Source: an uncultured Micavibrio sp.
GTDB taxonomy: Bacteria > Patescibacteriota > Minisyncoccia > Moranbacterales > GCA-2747515
DNA: 45,946 nucleotides
Direction: 5' to 3'
NCBI GenBank assembly: GCA_964534895.1
Contig: CAZHQB010000002.1
Span: 1-45,946, forward strand
The notes beneath the pieces were generated by a model. The model did no database searches and was not told where the DNA came from. It saw nothing but the letters and a program-made list of their open reading frames with translations. Positions 24,581 through 32,682 of this stretch are shown here, one piece after another (position 1 is the stretch's first letter; each line of letters begins with the position of its first letter). The translations under genes and the position numbers were made by a program.

Positions 24581-26122
24581 ATGAATGAGTTAACAAAACA
24601 CAAAAGAATATTGACGGTTTTGAATGTGGTTGTGGTTACGGGTTTAATTGTTTTGCAACACATTGGTTTTTTTGATAGTGGTGAGTGGTTTGGGTTTGTG
24701 CTTTTTTGTGCAGGGCTTTTTGTTTTGGCACTGTACCGGCCTTGGGTTGTATTTGTTTTACTTGTGGGAGTTGTTCCTATTGAGATTATAAATATAGCTC
24801 CTGATATACTGCCTATAGATCTGCGGCCATATCAATTACTTACTACACTTTTGGTCTTGGCTGTTATTGTTCGTAGGATTTTTGGTGGTGAAAAATTTAT
24901 TTTTAAAGCAGGTATATTTGATATTTTGGTTAGTGTTTTGATAGTTTTGGGATTTGTTAGTGCTTTTTTGTCTCCTTTTGACAATAGTGCTATCAAACAA
25001 GCGTTAGTAGTTTTTTCTTTTGGGCTTTTGTATTTTGTAGTGCGGTTTTTTGTACGCAAAAAAGATGATGTTTTGGCATTGTTTCCAATTATGGTGTCCA
25101 GTGGCGTGGTGATAGGAATTTATGCGATTGTGCAAAATATTTTATTTACTAGTGGTGGAGTACATGCAGAAGTGATGCCGGGACGGCCAAATGCTACTTT
25201 TGCTGAACCTGATTGGCTGGGGATATATTTAGTGTTTGTTTGTGCTGTGATTTTGGCGTATTTGTATTATAGTGTACGACACAAACATTTATGGAAATTT
25301 TTTGATATTGCTCTTTTTGGTTCGGCCACTGTAGTGGTGACAGCACTTATTATTACAGTTGCTCGCAGTGCTTGGGTTGGATTTGTGGCTGTGGCTTTTG
25401 CTTATCTTTTGAGTGTGTTTTTGCAAAAGAAATATAAATTGTTTGGAATGCATAGTTTTTGGATTGTTAGTGTGGGAGTGTTTAGTTTGATTATTGTGAG
25501 TGTGTTTAGTTTGACTAATTTTGAATTATTACATAGAGCTAGTAGCACTAGTTCAGGTTTGCAAGAAATTACAATCGCCTGTGATTGTAGTGGACAGACA
25601 TGTCTGTCCACTACAACTGTGATTGAAAATGTAGAAGAGTTAACTCAATATAATTGCAAACACATAAATTTAGAAGATGTAGAAAGTGAAAAAACAAAAG
25701 GCTTAAGCGTGCTAAAAATTTATCGCAAAGATCCAAATGTAGTAGTGCGTACAGATGTGTACAACAAGACAATTACACTCATAAAACAAAGTCCAGTTTT
25801 GGGGTATGGTTGGGGCAGTAGTGGACAGATGTTAGGCAATGATGAAAACGGCACACCTCTCAATGCAAGTAATATATTTTTGGAGACTGCACTTTCAGTT
25901 GGGTTGCTTGGAGTAGGTGTTTTGATTGCAATTTTTATACTTGGTGGCTTTTATGCTGTCAGAAGTATCCAAAAACTAAAAAACACAAAACAAAAAAGCG
26001 TAGCAATCTTTGTGCTTGTGGGACTGGTAGCAATAATTGTACCAAATCTATTTAATGCAGGATTGTTCTTGGGATTGGTATGGTTGTTTATGGGAATGCT
26101 TGACGGTTTGCGTAAAGTGTGA
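24581..26122 (+). CDS. O-antigen ligase/polymerase family membrane protein (Wzy_C-like)
   Basis: Polytopic protein. The motif TVARSAWVGFVAVAF is typical of the O-antigen ligase domain. A large loop contains a family B palindrome. ATG at 24581 is preferred over the TTG at 24575. Confidence 0.7.
   Translation: MNELTKHKRILTVLNVVVVTGLIVLQHIGFFDSGEWFGFVLFCAGLFVLALYRPWVVFVLLVGVVPIEIINIAPDILPIDLRPYQLLTTLLVLAVIVRRIFGGEKFIFKAGIFDILVSVLIVLGFVSAFLSPFDNSAIKQALVVFSFGLLYFVVRFFVRKKDDVLALFPIMVSSGVVIGIYAIVQNILFTSGGVHAEVMPGRPNATFAEPDWLGIYLVFVCAVILAYLYYSVRHKHLWKFFDIALFGSATVVVTALIITVARSAWVGFVAVAFAYLLSVFLQKKYKLFGMHSFWIVSVGVFSLIIVSVFSLTNFELLHRASSTSSGLQEITIACDCSGQTCLSTTTVIENVEELTQYNCKHINLEDVESEKTKGLSVLKIYRKDPNVVVRTDVYNKTITLIKQSPVLGYGWGSSGQMLGNDENGTPLNASNIFLETALSVGLLGVGVLIAIFILGGFYAVRSIQKLKNTKQKSVAIFVLVGLVAIIVPNLFNAGLFLGLVWLFMGMLDGLRKV
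25587..25614. repeat. REP-like palindrome, family B, copy B3 (inside a CDS)
   Basis: gtagtggacagacatgtctgtccactac, translated as CSGQTCLSTTT. It shows a compensatory G-C to A-T change relative to B1 and B2. Confidence 0.85.
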
Positions 26123-26187
26123 TATTGTTGTTTATTGTGTAAAAGTTGTTTAACAGGTCAACAAGTATAAAATTTGGGAGGTATATT

Positions 26188-26322
26188 ATGTCTGATGGTG
26201 TTATTATGACGAGTATAATTGTTGCTGGTATCGTTTGTTGTACTGGCATAGGAGTTTTTACTGCAATAATTATATATGTAGTAAAACAATTTTTTAATGT
26301 TATAAAAAAATTGGAGAAATGA
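26188..26322 (+). CDS. Hypothetical 44-aa membrane peptide (not in the ORF track)
   Basis: RBS gggagg lies 7 nt upstream. Translation: MSDGVIMTSIIVAGIVCCTGIGVFTAIIIYVVKQFFNVIKKLEK. The stop is 1 nt before the next ATG. Confidence 0.4.
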   Translation: MSDGVIMTSIIVAGIVCCTGIGVFTAIIIYVVKQFFNVIKKLEK

Positions 26323-26323
26323 A

Positions 26324-26530
26324 ATGACAACAAATGCAACAATAGTTGGCAGGCATGTTCACGTATTTATTGGTAGCGGATATCAGTTCTGTACAATTTT
26401 GGTAAGAAAAGGTAGTCGATTGCCATTTGAGGCTCGTTCTCAAAGAAATGGGTTTCGAGTATATTTTTCTGCCAGTGTCGCAAAAGAATTGCGTACTACT
26501 GGAAAGGCAATTAATATGACATTGATATAG
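26324..26530 (+). CDS. Hypothetical protein (68 aa)
   Basis: Translationally coupled to the upstream peptide gene. Locally higher GC. No recognisable motif. Confidence 0.45.
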   Translation: MTTNATIVGRHVHVFIGSGYQFCTILVRKGSRLPFEARSQRNGFRVYFSASVAKELRTTGKAINMTLI

Positions 26531-26554
26531 TTATATTAAAATAGGAGAAATTGT

Positions 26555-26749
26555 ATGAATATTATAGAAAGAGAAAAACAAAAGCGTTTGGGCGTAAAGG
26601 CAAAACGACAAATGGCTTTTGTGCGTAATAATCCTGTTGCGAATGAAAATCAGCGATTTAGCTTGCAGATGAAGTGTCAAATTAAAGGTTGTCCAGACAA
26701 AGTTGTAGCTATGAAAAATAAAATTCCAGTTTGTGATAGGCATACTTAA
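26555..26749 (+). CDS. Hypothetical small protein with CCCH zinc-ribbon-like C-terminus
   Basis: RBS aggaga. Basic N-terminus, then C-x4-C...C-x2-H (CQIKGCPDKVVAMKNKIPVCDRH). Confidence 0.45.
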   Translation: MNIIEREKQKRLGVKAKRQMAFVRNNPVANENQRFSLQMKCQIKGCPDKVVAMKNKIPVCDRHT

Positions 26750-26780
26750 TCATAATAAAGAGCTGGTTCAACATAATACG

Positions 26781-26807
26781 GGACTATGATAATCATAGTC
26801 CTTTTTT
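26781..26807 (+). terminator. Rho-independent terminator
   Basis: 9-bp stem ggactatga/tcatagtcc with loop taa, followed by TTTTTT. Confidence 0.7.
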
Positions 26808-27019
26808 GAACCTGCTGGAATTAGTTTGTAACAAGTTTTGAATGTTTTAAAATCATAAGAAATATAGGAATATTACGAATCGAGGCACGCTCTTATTCTT
26901 GTTTTTTTATTTACTGTGTGATAGTTTAGTTTCCTTTTGTTACATGTATATAGTATAGTTTTGTTTTTCTTTTTGTATAAAATTTGTTAGTATATGTAAC
27001 ATAAATAATAATTTGAAAT

Positions 27020-28411
27020 ATGGAGAAGAACTTGCAAAAAACATATTATTTTATAGAAGCTACTACTAGCATTTGTGATGAATGCAATGAGCGTGTTGGA
27101 GCAAAAATTATTTTGGAAAACAATTCGGTTTTTATAGTAAAGCAGTGTTTAGAACACGGTGAAAAAAGAGAGTTACTAGAAACAGATGGAGAATATTATT
27201 TGGCAAGAAAAAAGTATGATAAACCAGGTACAAAATGTAAAATCCAAACAAAAATTAAAAATGGTTGTCCTTTTGATTGTGGACTTTGTCCTGATCATGA
27301 ACAGCATACTTGTATTGGTTTGATTGAAATTACTAACAAGTGTGATTTGGGATGTTCTCTTTGTTATGCTTCTTCTGGTGAGGGAGATTTTTTGAGTTTA
27401 GACAAAATAGAAAAAATGATGGATTTTTATATAGACTCGGAATATGGCAAGGCAGAGATTTTACAAATTACAGGTGGAGAACCAACAACTCATCCAAAAA
27501 TTTTGGAAATAATGCAATTGGCGAGGGATAAGAAATTTAAATACGTAATGCTCAATAGTAATGGCATTCGTTTAGCTGAAGATGAAGAATTTGTAGAAAG
27601 TATTGCTGGAATTTTCAGTAAAGGATTTGAGGTTTATTTGCAATTTGATGGATTTGATGTAGAAGCTATGCAAAAAATTAGGGGAAGAGATTTAACTGAT
27701 GTCAAAAAGAAAGCTATAGACAATTTAACAAAATATAATATACCAATTACATTAGTTGCTACTATTGAACAAGATATTAACGACAAAGAAATCGGTAATA
27801 TTGTAAAATTTGGTTTGAAGCAAAAAATGGTGCGAGGTATAAATTTTCAGCCAGTGGCTTTTTTTGGCAGAGTGCCACGTAGAAAAACTATTAACAGGAT
27901 GACATTGACTGGAATACTTCAAAACATAGAGGAACAAACGAACAAAATGATTAGTAGAGATGATTTTATTCCGCTTCCTTGTGATGTAGATCGAGTAGCA
28001 ATCACTTATCTCAAAAAACAAAAAGATGATAATTGGCAATCAGTAATGAAAGATATTGAATTTGAAAAATATTTGCCGGCCATAAAAAATACACTTTCTT
28101 TTACTATGGAAGAGATAGCCAAAGATGTTATTAAGCCAATTTTTAAGTGTAGTGGTTCTGGCGGATGTATGAATTCTATGAAAAAAATGTCTACAATTAT
28201 TGATCCAAAAATTCTTTTGAAGTCAAAAGCCCAAAAAGTCAAATATGTAAATGAAAATTTTTTCAGAATTACTGTGACTTCTTTTATAGATGTCTATAAT
28301 TTTGATATTAAATCTGTGAAAAAAGATTGTGTACATGTTATAACTTCAAATTTGAAAAAAATACCATTCGGCACCTATAATATGTTTTATCGTCAACAAA
28401 AAAATGATTAA
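27020..28411 (+). CDS. Radical SAM enzyme with N-terminal zinc-ribbon/rubredoxin-like and extra Cys-cluster motifs (GDGT-MAS/Tes/MJ0619-like architecture, tentative)
   Basis: Radical SAM motif CDLGCSLC. N-terminus TSICDEC...FIVKQCLEHGE, followed by GCPFDCGLCPDHEQHTC. Assignment to the radical SAM superfamily is firm. Assignment to a subfamily relies on recalled motif architecture only. Confidence 0.8.
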   Translation: MEKNLQKTYYFIEATTSICDECNERVGAKIILENNSVFIVKQCLEHGEKRELLETDGEYYLARKKYDKPGTKCKIQTKIKNGCPFDCGLCPDHEQHTCIGLIEITNKCDLGCSLCYASSGEGDFLSLDKIEKMMDFYIDSEYGKAEILQITGGEPTTHPKILEIMQLARDKKFKYVMLNSNGIRLAEDEEFVESIAGIFSKGFEVYLQFDGFDVEAMQKIRGRDLTDVKKKAIDNLTKYNIPITLVATIEQDINDKEIGNIVKFGLKQKMVRGINFQPVAFFGRVPRRKTINRMTLTGILQNIEEQTNKMISRDDFIPLPCDVDRVAITYLKKQKDDNWQSVMKDIEFEKYLPAIKNTLSFTMEEIAKDVIKPIFKCSGSGGCMNSMKKMSTIIDPKILLKSKAQKVKYVNENFFRITVTSFIDVYNFDIKSVKKDCVHVITSNLKKIPFGTYNMFYRQQKND

Positions 28412-29003
28412 TTTTGTGCCTATTGAAATAAATGTTGTATTTATTATCAACCTTGTAGTTGGTCTGTGTATTTTTGCTATCTTAATAGCAGTACTGCTTA
28501 ATTTTATAGATGATTCTGATTATAAGCACAAAACACAAAAAGAAAAAAAGAGTATTGTGGAGACTGGGACAATGACTTTGTTTTTTGTGGGGGTGTATTT
28601 TTTGTTGAAAATGAGAGTTGGCGTTTTTGAAAGTAACAATGTTGTACTTGTAATTAGTGGGTTAATTATTATGATTATTGGTGCTTGGTTTAATATTTGG
28701 GGTAGGTATTATTTAGGTAAAAATTGGGCTAATCAAATCAAAATTTATAATGATCATCAATTAGTAACAAGTGGTCCATATAAAATCGTACGTCATCCGT
28801 TGTATGCTTCGCTTATTTGGATGTTCTATGCTTCTGCGTTTATTTATGCTAATTGGGCAGTAGTGATTGCTACCAGTACAGTATTTGTGCCTTTTATGTA
28901 TTATCGCGCCAAACAAGAAGAAAAATTGTTATCGGGACAATTTACAAATTATAAAGAATATATCAAAAAAACTGGTATGTTTTTTCCAAAAATTATTAAA
29001 TAA
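28404..29003 (+). CDS. Isoprenylcysteine carboxyl methyltransferase (ICMT)/phospholipid methyltransferase family membrane protein
   Basis: Motif LVTSGPYKIVRHPLYASLIWMFYA and several TM helices. 8-nt overlap with the radical SAM gene. Confidence 0.75.
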   Translation: MINFVPIEINVVFIINLVVGLCIFAILIAVLLNFIDDSDYKHKTQKEKKSIVETGTMTLFFVGVYFLLKMRVGVFESNNVVLVISGLIIMIIGAWFNIWGRYYLGKNWANQIKIYNDHQLVTSGPYKIVRHPLYASLIWMFYASAFIYANWAVVIATSTVFVPFMYYRAKQEEKLLSGQFTNYKEYIKKTGMFFPKIIK

Positions 29004-29009
29004 AATAAA

Positions 29010-29771
29010 ATGTTTGATTTACACACACATAAACATTTAGCGGGGTGGGGAATTAGACCAGAGCTATTTACCGTTGGGAATTTTACTGTTCCGTCGTATT
29101 CTTTTTTTGTGTTACTGGGTATTATTGTTGGTATTTTAGTAACATATCTTTATAGTAGGAAAAATGGAAAGAGTGGATATATGTTTGAAATCGTATTAGC
29201 AGCTTTAGTTGGTGGCACTTTAGGGGCAAAATTGCCAATTTGGATTTATTATTTTCCTCAAATTATTACTAGCCTACCTGATGTGAGTATGATTTTGTCA
29301 GGGCGTACCATTGTGGGTGGACTGATCGGTGGTACGATTGGCGTTTGGTATGTCAAAAAGAAAATGAATATAAATACACGGTTAGGAAATGCTATAGTGC
29401 CGGGAGTAATTACAGGTATTGCCATCGGTAGAGTTGGGTGTTATTTAAGAGGTTGTTGCTATGGACAACCAACAAAATTACCTTGGGGAGTTGATTTTGG
29501 TGATGGTATTATGCGTCATCCAACACAGATTTATGAAATTATTTTTTTGATTGGGATGTTTATTTGGGTTAATTTAAAATTGAGAAATAATCCAAAAGAT
29601 GGAAAAGTATTTGATGTTTTTATGATATCTTATTTTTCTTATCGTTTTGTGGTAGAATTTATAAGAGTGGAACCGCAAATCTTTTTGCACCTAACGATGT
29701 TTCAATGGTTGTCATTGTTGATAGTGATCTATTTTGTATTTTTTAAAAAAATAATTTTTAATAATAAATAA
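29010..29771 (+). CDS. lgt: Prolipoprotein diacylglyceryl transferase-like (Lgt family, divergent)
   Basis: Polytopic protein. GRVGCYLRGCCYGQPTKLPWGV...HPTQIYE resembles the Lgt signature region, but with Cys residues replacing the usual GNF.NGE. Confidence 0.7.
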   Translation: MFDLHTHKHLAGWGIRPELFTVGNFTVPSYSFFVLLGIIVGILVTYLYSRKNGKSGYMFEIVLAALVGGTLGAKLPIWIYYFPQIITSLPDVSMILSGRTIVGGLIGGTIGVWYVKKKMNINTRLGNAIVPGVITGIAIGRVGCYLRGCCYGQPTKLPWGVDFGDGIMRHPTQIYEIIFLIGMFIWVNLKLRNNPKDGKVFDVFMISYFSYRFVVEFIRVEPQIFLHLTMFQWLSLLIVIYFVFFKKIIFNNK

Positions 29772-29772
29772 T

Positions 29773-30267
29773 ATGGTACAACAAACCAGAATACAACAAG
29801 TTATCGATTACTTGCAAAAAAATAAAAATGAATATGGTAAGGAAAGTTTAATTATCGAATTAAAAAAAGTTGGATATACTGAAGATGAAATTCAATATGG
29901 GGTGGATGTAGCATATAATGGTGCGAGTATGGATTTGGGAACAACTCAAAATAATTCAGCGGTAGAAAATGCTAATAAAAAATCTCGTAAGCAAAAACGA
30001 ATAGATATATTTATTGGTATTATCTTAGGTTTTGTATTACCATTTGTATATCTTACAATTGTGGCGGGTATGGATTCTTTGAATATGACTCCTGGCACTG
30101 TATTTGGTTTATTTAATGTATTGGTGGTAGTTTTGTTTATTCTAGCTTGTGTGTACTTAGTCAGAAAAGGTAGAGAATTTATAATTCTGGGTATTTTAAT
30201 AGATATGCTATTAGTTCCATTATTATTGTTTGGAGCATGTATTGTTATGCTTAGTGGTGGATGGTAA
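29773..30267 (+). CDS. Hypothetical membrane protein
   Basis: Soluble N-terminal ~70 aa followed by three TM helices. It starts 1 nt after the lgt-like stop. Confidence 0.5.
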   Translation: MVQQTRIQQVIDYLQKNKNEYGKESLIIELKKVGYTEDEIQYGVDVAYNGASMDLGTTQNNSAVENANKKSRKQKRIDIFIGIILGFVLPFVYLTIVAGMDSLNMTPGTVFGLFNVLVVVLFILACVYLVRKGREFIILGILIDMLLVPLLLFGACIVMLSGGW

Positions 30268-30270
30268 ATT

Positions 30271-31404
30271 ATGAGAATAGCAATTGATATACGAAATATT
30301 GGCAAAGGGCGCACCGGTGACGAGGTGGTATTTTTTGAGTTGGTAAAAAATTTGGCTCTTATTGATGATAAGAATAATTATAGATTATTAATTGATAATC
30401 GTAAGGATGAAGAAATACATAAAATAATTCGACAATTAAAAATAAAAAATAAAGATAATTTTGAAATAGTACAATTAGGAAACGGTAATAAATTTATATG
30501 GAATGTTTGGAGTGTACCCAAGTATTGCAGAAGGAGAAAAATTGATATTTATCATACGCAATATATTATTCCGTTTTTTATGCCTAAATATACTAAAATT
30601 TTTACACATATTCATGATGTTTCGTTTAGGGTCCATCCGGAATTTATTTCAAGAGTAGATGCTTTCTTTTTAAATACACTTATTCCTAGAGCTATAAAAA
30701 AATCGGATAAAGTTATTGCAGTATCACAATTTACAAAAGATGAAATTATTAAATATTATAAAGTTAATCCAGAAAATGTTGTGGTAATTTATAATGCAGT
30801 GAGTGAAGAATATAAAAATGCTAAAATAAATAGTGGTGTGCAAAAAAAGTATAATTTACCAGACAAATATATTTTAGCCTTAGGAACAATGCAACCGCGT
30901 AAAAATATCCCATTTCTTATAGCAGTATTTGCACAGATTTCTAAAAAAAATAATGATTTGTATTTAGTGCTTGTTGGCAAGCAAGCACATAATTTTGATG
31001 ATAAGATTACAAAAGTAATAAATCAATATCCTAAAATCAAAAATAAAGTATTGTTTACGGGATATGTAGATGAAAAAGATAAACTAACTATATTTAAAGG
31101 TGCAGAGATTTTTGTATTCCCGTCCATTTATGAGGGTTTTGGTGTGCCAATTTTAGAGGCTTTTGAAGCAGGCGTGCCAGTTGTGGCAAGTGATATAGCT
31201 GTGCATAGAGAGGTAGGAGGAGAGGGTGCCATGTATTGTGATGATAATAATATTGACCAATGCAAAAAAGTATTGTATGATACTCTAGTTAATGTTAAAA
31301 TAAGAGAATACGTGCTCAATGAGAGTCAAAAACAAAAAATAAAATTTTCTTGGTTTGAGTCTGCAAAGAAATTGCAAAAACTTTATCAAGAAAATTTAAT
31401 ATAA
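30271..31404 (+). CDS. Glycosyltransferase family 4
   Basis: C-terminal motif EGFGVPILEAFEAGVPVVASD. Confidence 0.85.
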   Translation: MRIAIDIRNIGKGRTGDEVVFFELVKNLALIDDKNNYRLLIDNRKDEEIHKIIRQLKIKNKDNFEIVQLGNGNKFIWNVWSVPKYCRRRKIDIYHTQYIIPFFMPKYTKIFTHIHDVSFRVHPEFISRVDAFFLNTLIPRAIKKSDKVIAVSQFTKDEIIKYYKVNPENVVVIYNAVSEEYKNAKINSGVQKKYNLPDKYILALGTMQPRKNIPFLIAVFAQISKKNNDLYLVLVGKQAHNFDDKITKVINQYPKIKNKVLFTGYVDEKDKLTIFKGAEIFVFPSIYEGFGVPILEAFEAGVPVVASDIAVHREVGGEGAMYCDDNNIDQCKKVLYDTLVNVKIREYVLNESQKQKIKFSWFESAKKLQKLYQENLI

Positions 31405-31427
31405 TTAATTATAACTAAATTTTTAAT

Positions 31428-32621
31428 ATGATATTTGGACGGAAAAAAACAAGTGACAAAGCATTGGAAGTAGAAAGTGTAAAAGAGATAGCGGAACCAC
31501 CAAAGAACAAAAAAAGAAAATGGATTATTATTGGAATTATAATAATTTTGTTAGGAACTGCTGTTTTTGGTACATCAAAAGTTATTAACAAATTTGCACC
31601 AAATAGTAAAGTCTTAAAGAGTTTGGTAAAATCATTGCCTTTAGTAGAAAATAAACTTGATGGAGAGGAAGAGGGACGAATTAATATTGTCCTTTTAGGT
31701 ATGCGTGGCAAGGGTGTTACTGGTGGCGGTACGCTTGCTGATACAATTATGGTAGCTAGTATAAAAATAGATAAAAATGCTGAGGGTAAAGATGTTTATA
31801 AAGTATCAATGATATCAATTCCAAGAGATTTGTATGTAACGATGCCTGGTACAACGTCAAATATGAAAATTAATACTGTATATCATTATGGTGAAGAAAA
31901 AGGCGAAGGACAGGGGATGGAAGCTATGAAACAGATTTTGGAAAATATTACTGGACAAAAAATGCATTATGGTATTGAAGTTAATTTTGCAGGGTTTAAA
32001 CAAATTGTTGATGCATTGGGAGGTGTAGAGGTTAATTTAGACAAGTCTTTTATTGAGCCTATGCAATTTCATGAGGAAAAAGTATGTGATGGCAACAAGG
32101 GAGGTGTATTTACAGTAAAAAGTGGACATTTTGATACAAAAATTGATCACAGGGGCAAGGTAGTTGCACAGTATCCTCTTTGTTATAATAAAACAGAAGA
32201 ATGCGGTGGAATATTTAAGGTACCTGCAGGTGTATCTATCCTTGATGGTGAAAAAGCACTTTGTTATGTACGTGCTCGAGTAACGAGTAGTGATTTTGAT
32301 AGGGCTAAGAGACAACAGGAAATTATTGGTAAAATTAAAGACAAAGCAACTTCAATGGGAGTATTGACAGATTTTAGTAAAGTAAAAAAATTATTTGATG
32401 CTGTTAACGGTAATATGCGGACTGATATGGAATTGTGGGAGATGCAACGATTTTTCGATTTATATAAAAAGATGGGTGATGTCAAAGTGATTCATAAGGG
32501 GTTGGATAATTCTGAGGAAGGACTCCTCTATTCTCATGAAGGGGATGCGCGTGGCTATATCTTGATGCCACGAGGTGATACTTATGACAGAATTCGTGAG
32601 CTATTTGCAAATATTATTTAG
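31428..32621 (+). CDS. LCP (LytR-CpsA-Psr) family protein
   Basis: TM anchor, then INIVLLGMRG...TLADTIMVASI...ISIPRDLYV and VRARVTSSDFDRAKRQQE. Confidence 0.8.
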   Translation: MIFGRKKTSDKALEVESVKEIAEPPKNKKRKWIIIGIIIILLGTAVFGTSKVINKFAPNSKVLKSLVKSLPLVENKLDGEEEGRINIVLLGMRGKGVTGGGTLADTIMVASIKIDKNAEGKDVYKVSMISIPRDLYVTMPGTTSNMKINTVYHYGEEKGEGQGMEAMKQILENITGQKMHYGIEVNFAGFKQIVDALGGVEVNLDKSFIEPMQFHEEKVCDGNKGGVFTVKSGHFDTKIDHRGKVVAQYPLCYNKTEECGGIFKVPAGVSILDGEKALCYVRARVTSSDFDRAKRQQEIIGKIKDKATSMGVLTDFSKVKKLFDAVNGNMRTDMELWEMQRFFDLYKKMGDVKVIHKGLDNSEEGLLYSHEGDARGYILMPRGDTYDRIRELFANII

Positions 32622-32682
32622 TATATTAGTAAGTAGTAATAGGTGGTGAGTAGCCGTATTGTTTCACTAGTATATTAGTTAC

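Noticed and set aside
8988-25614. Whether the recurring 28-36-nt palindromes could be CRISPR repeats.
   Set aside because: Copies are dispersed over 17 kb at irregular spacing, in both intergenic and coding positions. They fall into three different families, and no cas genes are present. The GTAG head plus an adjacent HUH transposase fits REP/RAYT instead.
22958-26810. A prophage or integrative island spanning the two small-gene clusters.
   Set aside because: No integrase, recombinase, tRNA attachment site or direct repeats were seen. An ordinary O-antigen-ligase-like gene sits in the middle. These are better treated as two separate small accessory operons.
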